A stretch of DNA of 64,000 nt from an uncultured Planctomycetales bacterium (GCA_964579435.1 CAZOGI010000003.1:47321-111320); one strand, 5' to 3'. Counted from the stretch's first letter, positions 53,169 through 62,483 are shown. Numbers and translations are program-made. The notes: generated from the letters alone by a model not told the origin.

Positions 53169-53645
53169 GTGCTGACCGATCTTCAGGTGATGGAGCGTCT
53201 GCTGCTGGCGGTGCTGCTCAGCGGTTTGATCGGGGTCGAGCGTGAAGTCCACCGCCGGACCGCGGGGCTACGGACCCATATCCTGGTGTGTCTGGGGTCC
53301 TGCCTTATCATGTTGACATCGCTGTATGTTTTTGATATATATATCAAATTAGTGCCGCTTGATCCTTCCCGCATCGCCTCGGGGGTCATCACCGGGATCG
53401 GTTTTCTCGGGGCCGGATCGATCATTCGCGCCCAAGAGCGGGTTACGGGGTTGACGACCGCTGCCAGCCTGTGGGTGGTTGCGGGCATCGGGTTGGCCCT
53501 CGGGTGCGGTTTCGTGCGGGCAGCGCTTTTTACGACCGCACTGGCGCTGGGGGTGCTGTTTTTTCTGCGCCGGGTCGAAGGTAGGTTGGTTTCTCGCTGG
53601 GTAAAAGGGGGAGGCGCCCATGGCTCTCGTGAAGAGGAAGACTGA
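53169..53645 (+). CDS. MgtC/SapB-family membrane protein
   Basis: ERLLLAVLLSGLIGVEREVHRRTAGLRTHILVCLGS is the MgtC N-terminal signature; GTG start after GGAGGGAG. Confidence 0.7.
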   Translation: MLTDLQVMERLLLAVLLSGLIGVEREVHRRTAGLRTHILVCLGSCLIMLTSLYVFDIYIKLVPLDPSRIASGVITGIGFLGAGSIIRAQERVTGLTTAASLWVVAGIGLALGCGFVRAALFTTALALGVLFFLRRVEGRLVSRWVKGGGAHGSREEED

Positions 53646-54126
53646 AGAGAAGATCCTTGACGTCGATGCGGCGATGCAGGGGACGCTGACGTTCAAGGAT
53701 CCGGTTAATCTGCGCATCAACGGAAAGTTCGAAGGAAACCTCGAGACGAAGGGTAACCTGACGATCGGCCAGACCGCGCAGGTGGCGGGGGATATCTTCG
53801 GGGATAACGTGATCATCGGCGGTCGGGTCAAGGGCAAAGTCACCGCGCGCCAACTGCTGACGCTTTTGCCGACGGCAATCGTCGAAGGCGATATCTTCCC
53901 GGTCAAGCTCAACGTCGCGGACGGGGCTATCCTGGAAGGCCGCTGCAGCATGCTGCACGATTTTCTCAATTCCGAGGAGCTCTCGCGCTACCTGGAGGTA
54001 GACGCGCGTTCCATCCGGGAATGGGCCCATTCCGGGAAGATCCCTGCAGTTGCTGACGGGGACGACTGGAAATTCGAGCGCAAGGCCGTCGATGCCTGGG
54101 TTGCCTCGGGGGAGATCCGCGCTTAA
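53620..54126 (+). CDS. Bactofilin-domain protein fused to a C-terminal excisionase/MerR-type helix-turn-helix (HTH_17-like) domain
   Basis: Bactofilin beta-helix repeats (INGKFEGNLETKGNLTIGQTAQVAGDIFGDNVIIGGRVKGKV..VEGDI..ADGAILEGR) then LNSEELSRYLEVDARSIREWAHSGKIPA..WKFERKAVDAWV. Confidence 0.55.
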   Translation: MALVKRKTEEKILDVDAAMQGTLTFKDPVNLRINGKFEGNLETKGNLTIGQTAQVAGDIFGDNVIIGGRVKGKVTARQLLTLLPTAIVEGDIFPVKLNVADGAILEGRCSMLHDFLNSEELSRYLEVDARSIREWAHSGKIPAVADGDDWKFERKAVDAWVASGEIRA

Positions 54127-54182
54127 AAAGCGCCGCGTTCGTCTGAGGGCGCGTCGCCGCAGAAGCCAGGAGCATACTGTTT

Positions 54183-54491
54183 ATGACCGACGAAAAGCTG
54201 TTGACCATACGGGAAGTTTCCCTTTCGCTGAACATATCCGAACGCCAGGTAATCGAGCTGGCGGAGAGCGGGACCGTTCCCGCCTACAAGATCGGCGGAG
54301 TGTACCTGCGTTTCAAGCGCCAGGAGGTGGAGGAGTACCGCAAGAAACTCGCGCAGCACCCCCATGCGGCTGCGCGCCCCAGCCCCGTTTCCTTCGGAGA
54401 ACGTCTGCGGGACTTTTTTTATTTCAACGATTTCTATATCTTCTCGGGGATCGTCATCGTTTCCATGCTCTACATCATTTTCCGTGGCTAA
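54183..54491 (+). CDS. Excisionase/MerR-type HTH domain protein with C-terminal transmembrane anchor
   Basis: LLTIREVSLSLNISERQVIELAESGTVPAYKIGGVYLRFKRQEVEEY (HTH_17-like) then the hydrophobic tail FYFNDFYIFSGIVIVSMLYIIF. Confidence 0.5.
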   Translation: MTDEKLLTIREVSLSLNISERQVIELAESGTVPAYKIGGVYLRFKRQEVEEYRKKLAQHPHAAARPSPVSFGERLRDFFYFNDFYIFSGIVIVSMLYIIFRG

Positions 54492-55188
54492 GCGCGTCCC
54501 TGGCGACTCCGGGTTTCTCGATCTTGGGTGCGCCCGGATCGATACCGGCCGCCGTGTCCGGCGCGGCTATCCGGAGGCGGTTTTCTGCCCCGGAAAGACG
54601 AGGCAGGCGCTCAGGACGATCACCGCCTCGTTCTTCAAGAGCAGAGAGACGCTGCTGTTGACGAAGCTGGACCCTGCTGCGTACCGTTGGCTGCGCGCCT
54701 CGTTCCCTACCCTGCGCTACCACAAGGAGGCGCGGCTGGGATACCGCGTTTTCTCGCCCAGGAAGCCTCAGGGTCTCGTTGCGGTGGTTACGGGCGGGAC
54801 CGCCGATATAGCGGTGGCCGAGGAAGCGGCGACGACCCTCTCGGTCATGGGAAACCGGGTTAGGCGCCTCTACGACGTCGGGGTTGCCGGGGTGCATCGT
54901 CTCTTCTCGTCCCTGGATGTCCTGCGTCAGGCGCGGGTCATCGTCGTCGTCGCGGGGATGGAAGGAGCTCTGGCCAGCGTCGTCAGCGGGCTGGTCTCCT
55001 GCGCCGTCGTGGCGGTGCCGACCAGCTGCGGATACGGCGCCCACTTCGGGGGGATCGCCCCGCTGCTGACGATGCTCAACAGCTGTTCGCCGGGCGTGGC
55101 AGTGGTCAATATCGACAACGGATTCGGGGCGGGGTATCTGGCTTCGCTCATCAATAATCCGCGGGAACGCGTTGCAGTAAAAGACTAA
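54484..55188 (+). CDS. larB: Nickel-pincer cofactor biosynthesis protein LarB (PurE-like carboxylase/hydrolase)
   Basis: GTG 54484 overlapping the upstream stop; N-terminal LarB region (DLGCARIDTGRRVRRGYPEAVFCPGKT), PurE-like core VAVVTGGTADIAVAEEA...VIVVVAGMEGALASVV. Confidence 0.7.
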   Translation: MAKRVPGDSGFLDLGCARIDTGRRVRRGYPEAVFCPGKTRQALRTITASFFKSRETLLLTKLDPAAYRWLRASFPTLRYHKEARLGYRVFSPRKPQGLVAVVTGGTADIAVAEEAATTLSVMGNRVRRLYDVGVAGVHRLFSSLDVLRQARVIVVVAGMEGALASVVSGLVSCAVVAVPTSCGYGAHFGGIAPLLTMLNSCSPGVAVVNIDNGFGAGYLASLINNPRERVAVKD

Positions 55189-55200
55189 GGAGGGTTCATC

Positions 55201-56523
55201 GTGGCGCTTTCGGGTCTGGATATCTATAAGCTGTTGCCTAAAACGAATTGCCGCGATTGCGGTTTTCCGACCTGCCTGGCGTTCGCTATGGCCCTGGCGA
55301 AGAAGTCCGTTGCACTGCAGAAGTGTCCGCACTTGAGCGCCCAGGCTCAGGAGACGCTGGAGGCATCGAGCCAGCCGCCGATACGGCTGGTCAGCGTGGG
55401 GGACCGGTTCCGGGCGGGTAACGAAACGGTACTTTTCCGTCACGAAGAGAAATTCCATAATCCCTGCGGGATCGGTTTTGTGATCGACGATACCGATCCT
55501 GCCGCGCGCGTGCAGGAGGCGCTGGCGGCCGTATCTTCGTTTGTCTTCGAGCGCGTCGGCCAGACCTTAAGCGCAGACCTCATCGCGCTGCGGCAGCGCT
55601 CAAGCGCGGCTGCGTTCGTGCAACTGGTCGAAGCTGCGGCGAAGAAGTCGGCGCTGGGCCTGGTCTTGATGAGCAGCGACGTCGCTGCGGTGCGCGCGAG
55701 CCTGTCCGCTCTGAAAGGCAGAAAGCCGCTCCTTTTCCCCGGGGAAGACGCGGACCGCGCGGCCTTCTGTGCTCTCGCCAAAGAATTTTCGGTCCCGCTG
55801 GTGGTGTCCGCCGGGGATCTGGCGAAGCTTGAGGAACGCAGCATCGAGGCGGCAAAGGCGGGGGTGGGCGATCTGATGCTTTATCCGGGCCGCAAAGATC
55901 CCGCGCAAACGCTCTGGGACTTGACCCAGATCAGGCGGCAGGCGCTCAAGAAATCGAACCGCGCGCTCGGCTATCCGGTCATCGCCGTGGTTGAGGCGGA
56001 CGATCCTTTCGCGGAGGTCGCCGAGGCCGCCGCTTACATCGCCAAATATGCCGGCATGGTGCTTGTCAGGGGGACGCAGCCCTGGCAGGCGCTCTCGCTG
56101 CTGACGGTACGCCAGAACATCTACACCGATCCGCAGAAACCGCTGCAGATCGAGGCGAAGCTGTATCCGGTCGGCGCGGTTAGCGCGTCTTCGCCGCTTC
56201 TGATCACCACCAATTTTTCGCTCAGTTACTACACGGTGCTGGGTGAAGTCGAAGCAAGCAAGGTCCCTTCCTATATCCTCAGCGTCGATACCGAGGGGAT
56301 GTCGGTCTTGACCGCCTGGGCGGCGGAAAAGTTCAACGCCGAGACCATCACCGCTTCCCTGAAGGCGCAGAATGCCGAGGCTGCCGTCAGCCGCCGGCGG
56401 GTCGTTATCCCCGGCTATGTCGCGGTCATGAGCGGAGACCTGCAGGAGCAGTCCGGTTGGGAAGTCCTCGTCGGCCCGAAAGAGGCAGCCGGCCTGCCGG
56501 CTTTCCTGAAAAACCTTTCCTAA
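55201..56523 (+). CDS. acsC: Corrinoid iron-sulfur protein large subunit (acetyl-CoA decarbonylase/synthase gamma subunit, AcsC/CdhE)
   Basis: N-terminal 4Fe-4S cluster motif LPKTNCRDCGFPTCLAFAMALA, TIM-barrel and C-terminal B12-binding domain; 440 aa. Confidence 0.8.
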   Translation: MALSGLDIYKLLPKTNCRDCGFPTCLAFAMALAKKSVALQKCPHLSAQAQETLEASSQPPIRLVSVGDRFRAGNETVLFRHEEKFHNPCGIGFVIDDTDPAARVQEALAAVSSFVFERVGQTLSADLIALRQRSSAAAFVQLVEAAAKKSALGLVLMSSDVAAVRASLSALKGRKPLLFPGEDADRAAFCALAKEFSVPLVVSAGDLAKLEERSIEAAKAGVGDLMLYPGRKDPAQTLWDLTQIRRQALKKSNRALGYPVIAVVEADDPFAEVAEAAAYIAKYAGMVLVRGTQPWQALSLLTVRQNIYTDPQKPLQIEAKLYPVGAVSASSPLLITTNFSLSYYTVLGEVEASKVPSYILSVDTEGMSVLTAWAAEKFNAETITASLKAQNAEAAVSRRRVVIPGYVAVMSGDLQEQSGWEVLVGPKEAAGLPAFLKNLS

Positions 56524-56551
56524 GAAGAAGGCGGTGGGGCCCTGTGCCCGC

Positions 56552-58486
56552 ATGAGCACCTGTACGGTCCATTTCCTTCCCGATAACAAAAAGATATCTG
56601 TTGAGCGCGAGACGACGCTGTTGTCGGCCGCTCTCTCCGCTGGGCTCTACATTAATTCCAGTTGCGGCGGGGAAGGGGTGTGCGGCCGTTGCAAGGTTAT
56701 CGTGCGCAGCGGGCCGGTATCGGCGCACGCAACCGGCGCGCTCTCCCCGAAAGAACGTTCCGGCGGAATGGTCCTTGCCTGCGCCACGACGGTGCTCGGC
56801 GATTGCCTGATCGAGATCCCCCCCGAGTCGCGTCTTTCCCTGGATGGACTGACTCAGGAAGAGATACGCAAAAGGCTCGGTTCGGTCTTTACCGCTCCGG
56901 AAGACGTTGAGACCGCCGCGTGGCGGCCGGGAGCGCCTTTTGCGCTGGAACCGCTGGTCCAGAAACGATTCGTGCGTTTGCCCGAACCGAACCTGAACGA
57001 CAGGGTGAGCGATCTGGAGCGCCTGGAGAGGGAGCTTGCCCGTGAACTGAGCTCTCCGATCGCTTACGCGCCCCTGGCAACCCTGAAATCCCTGGGAGAG
57101 CTGCTGCGCAAGAGCGATTGGCAGGTTACCGCGGCGGTGGGGCGGGACGGGGCATTCGCGGAGTTGGTGACGGTCGAACCCGCAGACACCTCCCCGCGCA
57201 ATAAAGGAGTCTGTTTCGATATCGGCACGACGACCGTTACCGCGCAGCTGGTCGACCTGACCAAGGGGACGGTTCTGGGGACCAAGGCTACGTACAACAA
57301 ACAGGCCGCGTTCGGCAGCGATGTGATCACCCGTATCATCTATGCCAAAGACGCCGACGGGTTGCAGGTACTGCATCGCGCGGTCGTCGAGGACATGAAC
57401 GAGATGGTGCGAACGTTGGCGCACGAGCAAGGGGTGGACTTGAACGATATCACGGCCGCGGTCTGCGCCGGGAATACGACGATGACGCACCTGCTCCTGC
57501 GGGTCGATCCCACCTACATCAGGCGGGAGCCGTATGTGCCTACTTTTAACGCGGTGTCCTTGCTGCGTTCTTCGGAGATAGAGCTGCGCATCAATCCGCG
57601 CGGATTGGTTGCGTTCATCCCGGGAGTCGCCAGTTATGTCGGCGGCGATATCGTTGCCGGGATACTTTCCAGCCGACTGTACGAGCAGGAAGGGCTCTCG
57701 GCGCTTATCGATATCGGCACCAACGGGGAAATCGCCATCGGCAACCGGGAGTTCATCATCTCTGCCGCTGCTTCGGCGGGGCCGGCGTTCGAGGGCAGCG
57801 GTGTCTCCTGCGGCATGCGCGCGGGAAACGGCGCCATACAGCGTGTGGCCTTTAGCGCAAAAGCCGAACGGCCGCAGGTGGAGTGCATCGGGCAGGGGGC
57901 TCCCAGCGGCATATGCGGCTCCGGGTATATCTCGCTCATCTCGCAGATGCTGCGCAGCGGTTTTCTGGATAAGGACGGAAAGATCTGTCCGCATCCCGGC
58001 GGCAGGGTGCGGGAACGCGACGGGATAAAAGAATTCGTCGTCCTTTTCGAAGGGGAAGAGGGGGCGGTTCGGGATGTCGTGATCACCGAAGCCGACATCG
58101 AGAACCTGAAGCGCGCCAAGGCGGCCATCTATGCCGCGACCGCATCCCTGCTGAAGCATCTGGGGGTTGGCGCCGCTTCGTTGCAGCGGCTTTTCATCGC
58201 CGGGGGATTCGGGACGTTCCTCGATGTCGAAGAGGCGGTCAGGATTGGTCTTTTGCCCGATATCGAGCGCTCGCGCATTGTCTTTATCGGTAACAGCTCT
58301 CTTGCCGGCGCGCGCGAGGTTCTCCTTTCGCAGAAAGCCCTGGGGCTTTCCCGCGAGCTGGCCCGCCGGACGACGTATGTGGAGCTTTCGGTCGAGCGGG
58401 GGTATATGGACGAATACATGGCCGCGCTCTTTTTCCCGCACACGGATTTGGATCTTTTTCCCAGCTTCTACGGGGCGCGCTCATGA
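56552..58486 (+). CDS. Reductive activator of corrinoid Fe-S protein (RACo-like: plant-type 2Fe-2S ferredoxin domain plus ASKHA ATPase domain)
   Basis: N-terminal ferredoxin CGGEGVCGRCKV...LAC; central and C-terminal ASKHA-fold motifs (DIGTTTV, IDIGTNGEIA, ASYVGGDIVAG); start at internal ATG 56552 (ORF opens at 56534). Confidence 0.75.
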   Translation: MSTCTVHFLPDNKKISVERETTLLSAALSAGLYINSSCGGEGVCGRCKVIVRSGPVSAHATGALSPKERSGGMVLACATTVLGDCLIEIPPESRLSLDGLTQEEIRKRLGSVFTAPEDVETAAWRPGAPFALEPLVQKRFVRLPEPNLNDRVSDLERLERELARELSSPIAYAPLATLKSLGELLRKSDWQVTAAVGRDGAFAELVTVEPADTSPRNKGVCFDIGTTTVTAQLVDLTKGTVLGTKATYNKQAAFGSDVITRIIYAKDADGLQVLHRAVVEDMNEMVRTLAHEQGVDLNDITAAVCAGNTTMTHLLLRVDPTYIRREPYVPTFNAVSLLRSSEIELRINPRGLVAFIPGVASYVGGDIVAGILSSRLYEQEGLSALIDIGTNGEIAIGNREFIISAAASAGPAFEGSGVSCGMRAGNGAIQRVAFSAKAERPQVECIGQGAPSGICGSGYISLISQMLRSGFLDKDGKICPHPGGRVRERDGIKEFVVLFEGEEGAVRDVVITEADIENLKRAKAAIYAATASLLKHLGVGAASLQRLFIAGGFGTFLDVEEAVRIGLLPDIERSRIVFIGNSSLAGAREVLLSQKALGLSRELARRTTYVELSVERGYMDEYMAALFFPHTDLDLFPSFYGARS

Positions 58487-59229
58487 GCTTTACGATCGCG
58501 ATCGCAGGAAAGGGAGGGGTCGGCAAGACAACCGTCGCCGCGCTCCTGGTGCGGCTCCTGAGCGAGAAGAAAGCAGGCTCGGTCCTGGCCATTGACGCGG
58601 ACCCCAACAGCAATCTCGCCGAGGTCCTCGGGGTCCCCGCGGCAAAAACAGTGGGGGAGATACTCGATGAGATAAGCGCTCACCCCGAGAGCGTTCCCGC
58701 CGGCATGTCGAAAGACCGCTTTATCGAGTTTCAGGTGCAGACGGCGGTCGCGGAGGCTGGCGGTTTCGATATCCTCTCGATGGGCAGGCCGGAGGGGCCG
58801 GGGTGTTACTGTTTCGTCAACAACGTGCTGCGCAATGCGATCGGCCGCCTGACGCGCGAGTACGATTACGTGGTGATCGACAATGAGGCGGGTCTGGAAC
58901 ACCTCTCGCGTCGAACGACGCGAGCCGCAGAGCTCTTGCTGGTCGTCTCCGATGCGACGGTCGTCGGCCTGAAGGCTGCGTCGCGCATTGACGAGCTGTC
59001 CAGAGAGCTCAAGATCCAGGTCAAGAGAAGGGGGCTCATCCTTAACCGGATCGCCGACGCACAGGAGACCGGGGCGGGAGCCCCGCAGCTGAGCGTCCTG
59101 GCGCGCCTTCCGTCGGATGAGCAGGTGTACCAGCTAAGCGTTACGGGAGCGTCCATTTTTAACCTTGCGCCTTCATCAACGGCGTTGCGCGCTTTGGAAG
59201 CGGGAGGGGATGTGCTATGGCGGAGTTGA
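58483..59229 (+). CDS. cooC: CooC/AcsF-type nickel-insertion ATPase (MinD/ParA family)
   Basis: Deviant Walker A AIAGKGGVGKTT, CxC motif GPGCYCF typical of CooC; 248 aa. Confidence 0.75.
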   Translation: MSFTIAIAGKGGVGKTTVAALLVRLLSEKKAGSVLAIDADPNSNLAEVLGVPAAKTVGEILDEISAHPESVPAGMSKDRFIEFQVQTAVAEAGGFDILSMGRPEGPGCYCFVNNVLRNAIGRLTREYDYVVIDNEAGLEHLSRRTTRAAELLLVVSDATVVGLKAASRIDELSRELKIQVKRRGLILNRIADAQETGAGAPQLSVLARLPSDEQVYQLSVTGASIFNLAPSSTALRALEAGGDVLWRS

Positions 59230-60179
59230 TCCTGGACAAGCAGAGCGGTTCCATCCATTCGGTTACCATCGGAGCGACGCCGGCGCAGGGGGGCACGCGC
59301 AGCGCGACCCTTACCGTCGGCGGGCAGAAGGCGCTTCCCTACTTATTTGCCGACGGGCAGATCCCTCACTCCCCGGTTGTCGCCTTCGAGATCTGGGATT
59401 GCCCTCCCGATGACTGGCCGCAGGAAACCGTCGACGCTTACGGGGCCGCGGTCACCGATCCGGTTGCCTGGGCCCAGCAATGCGTTTCGAAGTTCAACGC
59501 GAACGTCCTTTGTCTTAACCTGCAGGGCGCGCACCCCGACCGCACCAATCATTCCGCATCCGCCTCGGCGGCCCTCGTGGCCAAGATCCTCAAGGCGGTC
59601 CCGGTGCCGCTGATCATCCTGGGTTGCGGGGACGATGCCAAGGATAATCTCGTTCTCCCGGCGGTCTGCGAAGCGGCGAAGGGGGAGCGCTGCCTCATCG
59701 GCTCCTGCGTTCAGAATAACTATAAGACGCTCGTCGCGGCGGCGGTTGCGGACAAGCAGAACGTGATCGCCGAATCGCCGATCGATATCAATATCGCCAA
59801 ACAGCTCAACATCCTTATCTCGGACATGGGTCTGCCTCTGGAGCGTATCGTTATCAATCCGACGATCGGAGCGCTGGGGTACGGTCTGGAATACGCCTAT
59901 TCGATCATGGAGCGCGCCCGGCTTGCCGCCCTGGCAGGGGATAAAACGCTGGCCTCTCCCTTCATCTGTTTCGTCGGCCTGGAGGCAGCGCGGGCAAAAG
60001 AGGTCCGGGCAAGCGCCCAGGAGTTCCCGGCCTGGGGCGATCGCCGGCAGCGTTGTGTCGCCTGGGAGCTGCTGACGGCGACCACCCTCCTGCAGGCAGG
60101 CGCGGATATCCTGGTTATGCGTCATCCCGAAGCGATTCTACGGGCTGAGGCGTTCATTCGTTCCTTGATGCAGCGGTGA
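59217..60179 (+). CDS. acsD: Corrinoid iron-sulfur protein small subunit (acetyl-CoA decarbonylase/synthase delta subunit, AcsD/CdhD)
   Basis: TIM-barrel delta-subunit fold; follows acsC-RACo-cooC and precedes acsE. Confidence 0.8.
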   Translation: MAELILDKQSGSIHSVTIGATPAQGGTRSATLTVGGQKALPYLFADGQIPHSPVVAFEIWDCPPDDWPQETVDAYGAAVTDPVAWAQQCVSKFNANVLCLNLQGAHPDRTNHSASASAALVAKILKAVPVPLIILGCGDDAKDNLVLPAVCEAAKGERCLIGSCVQNNYKTLVAAAVADKQNVIAESPIDINIAKQLNILISDMGLPLERIVINPTIGALGYGLEYAYSIMERARLAALAGDKTLASPFICFVGLEAARAKEVRASAQEFPAWGDRRQRCVAWELLTATTLLQAGADILVMRHPEAILRAEAFIRSLMQR

Positions 60180-60213
60180 GTCTCGGGGGTATCCGAACGC
60201 AAAGGAGACAACG

Positions 60214-61002
60214 GTGTTCATTATCGGAGAACTGATCAACGGGATGTACGCCGCGGTCGGCAATGCGCTGCGTGCGAAAGACCGTTCGGCCATCGAGCGG
60301 TGCGCGCGCGACCAGGTCGCGGCAGGCGCCAGCGCCCTCGATATCAACTGCGGGCCGGCGTCGAAGGATCCGGTTGCGGACATGCGCTGGCTGGTTGAAA
60401 CCGTGCAAGGGGTTACCGATGCGACTCTCTGCATCGACTCCAGCAAGCCGGCGGTTATCGAAGCGGGCTTGCAAGCGGCCAAAAACAGAGCTATTATAAA
60501 CTCGACGACCGCGGATGAAGCGAAGCTGGGGGCGCTCATACCCCTTGCCCTGCGCTACCACGCGCAGCTTATCGGCCTGACCATGAACGCGCGTGGCGTG
60601 CCGCAGACCAAAGACCAGCGGGTGGAGCTGGCCGCGACCATCGTCGCTGCCTGCGCGGATCAGGGGTTGGCGGCAGCGGACCTGTATCTGGATCCCATCG
60701 TGCTGCCCGTCAATGTCGCGCAGGCCCAGATAGGGGAGATCATCGAGGCGATACGGGAGTTCCGGATCATTGCGGAGCCGTCCCCGCGCACGATCGTGGG
60801 GTTAAGCAACATTTCCCAGGGGGCCAGCAACCGGCCGCTGATAAACCGCACCTTCGCGGTTATGGCCGCGTACAGCGGACTGGATGCGGCTATACTCGAT
60901 CCGCTGGACAAGGAACTCATCGACGCGATCATCACGGCCGAGGTCATCGTGAACCGGAATATCTACTGCGATTCCTTTCTGGAGGCCTACCGGAGACGAT
61001 AA
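60214..61002 (+). CDS. acsE: Methyltetrahydrofolate:corrinoid/iron-sulfur protein methyltransferase (AcsE; pterin-binding DHPS-like)
   Basis: MFIIGELINGM...ALDINCGPA...INSTT..GLSNISQG are pterin-binding MeTr blocks; GTG start. Confidence 0.8.
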   Translation: MFIIGELINGMYAAVGNALRAKDRSAIERCARDQVAAGASALDINCGPASKDPVADMRWLVETVQGVTDATLCIDSSKPAVIEAGLQAAKNRAIINSTTADEAKLGALIPLALRYHAQLIGLTMNARGVPQTKDQRVELAATIVAACADQGLAAADLYLDPIVLPVNVAQAQIGEIIEAIREFRIIAEPSPRTIVGLSNISQGASNRPLINRTFAVMAAYSGLDAAILDPLDKELIDAIITAEVIVNRNIYCDSFLEAYRRR

Positions 61003-61389
61003 ATGAAGCGGACGCGGGTGGTTCGGCGTATATTCGGGGTGCAGGGGTTCCGCGAGAGTTTCAAGCTCGCCCTTAAAGGCGTCGCCTATCTGTTCTTCTA
61101 TCACCGGAACATGCGCCTGATATTCATCTGCGGGTTTGCGGCTTTCCTCTTCGGCATTTGGCTGAAGCTCAAGGGCATCGAGCTGGCCGCCCTCTGCATC
61201 ACGATAACGCTGGTCTTCATGGCGGAAATCTTCAATACCGCCATCGAGCTGATGATGGATATGCTGACCGAGGAATACCACGTGAAGATCAAGCTGGTCA
61301 AGGATATCGCCGCAGCGGTGGTGATCCTGACCTGCATGAACGCCGCCGCGGTCGGCTACATTCTGTTTGCCCGCAAGTATATCCGTTAG
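61003..61389 (+). CDS. dgkA: Diacylglycerol kinase (DgkA family, prokaryotic)
   Basis: Three-TM, 128 aa, EIFNTAIELMMD and FYHRNMRL blocks typical of DgkA. Confidence 0.8.
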   Translation: MKRTRVVRRIFGVQGFRESFKLALKGVAYLFFYHRNMRLIFICGFAAFLFGIWLKLKGIELAALCITITLVFMAEIFNTAIELMMDMLTEEYHVKIKLVKDIAAAVVILTCMNAAAVGYILFARKYIR

Positions 61390-62353
61390 GGCAAGGGGAG
61401 GTGTGGTGCGCAAACGGGTTCCCGCCCTGCTCATTTTTGTCGGCGTCTTTCTGGGCACTGTTCTCCTTAAGGACCACCTGGTCAAAGCCGTGGTGGTCTA
61501 TTCGCTGTCACGGACCTTCGGCGCCGACGCATCCGTCGAAGGTTTTTCTTTCGGGGTGCTGCGTCCCGTCATCCGGATCAGGCGGCTGCTGCTTTTCAAC
61601 CCGCGGGGATTTCCGGCTGATGTGCTCCTGGATGTAGCGGGAGCGGAGATTTTTTACGACCGGACGGCGCTGCTTAAGGGAAAGTTGGTCTTTGACCAGG
61701 TGCGCCTGCAGCTGCGCGAAGTCGTTATCGCCAAGGCCGGCCATTCGAACACCAATATCGAGGCGCTTTCAATCTTTAAGGGAGAGAAATCGCTGCAGAA
61801 AATCCGTCTCCCTCTTTCGATCCGCTATCTTTCCCTCGATGTGGACCGTATCGTGTACAAGGATTTTACGAGTCGCCCGGCGGCCGGTGTCCAGGAATAC
61901 GAGCTGGGCATACGCGACAGCGTCTTCCAGAATGTCAGCTCGCCGCGGCAGCTGATGGGGCTGGTGCTGGCCGAATCTCTCGGTACCGCGGCGGCGCGCA
62001 ATTCGGGGGTTACCCGCGTTGCCGCGCTCTTCGGGGTGTCGGCGCGGCCGTCCAGGGTCCCGGTGCTCTATACGGGCAGGGACAGCGCCTTTGCGGTATT
62101 GGATCAGGAGCCCGGACAGGCGTATGATGCGGCGTGTGCGGTGTTGCGCCAGACCGGCAGGATCGACTCCGAGGACCGGCAGGCCGGGGTGGTCAAAGCG
62201 ACGGTCCGGGGGCGCACGGCTGTTTTGACCGTTCAGGCACGCGGCGAGACGCGCGCGCGCATCACGGTATCGGCACGCCTTCTCTTTTTCCCGCAGCCGG
62301 CCCTGGCGGGCAGGCTTTTAAGCGACATAACCGCGCACTCCGCCCTGCAGTAA
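61367..62353 (+). CDS. Hypothetical membrane-anchored protein (AsmA/DUF748-like character uncertain)
   Basis: N-terminal TM ALLIFVGVFLGTVLL; likely start at GTG 61405 after AAGGGGAGG; no diagnostic motifs. Confidence 0.4.
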   Translation: MPASISVRARGGVVRKRVPALLIFVGVFLGTVLLKDHLVKAVVVYSLSRTFGADASVEGFSFGVLRPVIRIRRLLLFNPRGFPADVLLDVAGAEIFYDRTALLKGKLVFDQVRLQLREVVIAKAGHSNTNIEALSIFKGEKSLQKIRLPLSIRYLSLDVDRIVYKDFTSRPAAGVQEYELGIRDSVFQNVSSPRQLMGLVLAESLGTAAARNSGVTRVAALFGVSARPSRVPVLYTGRDSAFAVLDQEPGQAYDAACAVLRQTGRIDSEDRQAGVVKATVRGRTAVLTVQARGETRARITVSARLLFFPQPALAGRLLSDITAHSALQ

Positions 62354-62409
62354 AGTGTTGCGTTTTCCGGCAATTCTGGTAGAATACATTTTCCTTGTCT
62401 TGAAATTGC

Positions 62410-62483
62410 GGCGGCGTAGCTCAGTCTGATAGAGCACTCGGCTCATACCCGATCGGTCAGTGGTTTAAATCCACTCGCCGCCA
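62410..62483 (+). tRNA. tRNA with CAU anticodon (Met or Ile2), 74 nt, no encoded CCA
   Basis: Acceptor GGCGGCG/CGCCGCC, D arm GCTC..GAGC, anticodon loop CTCATAC, T loop TTTAAAT. Confidence 0.8.

Noticed and set aside
54475-60125. Minus-strand ORFs 54475..55458, 55600..56589, 56426..58441 (671 aa) and 59343..60125 opposite larB and the acs genes
   Set aside because: The plus-strand genes carry the CoFeSP, RACo, CooC and AcsD/E signatures. The antisense translations are Arg/Gly-rich with no motifs.
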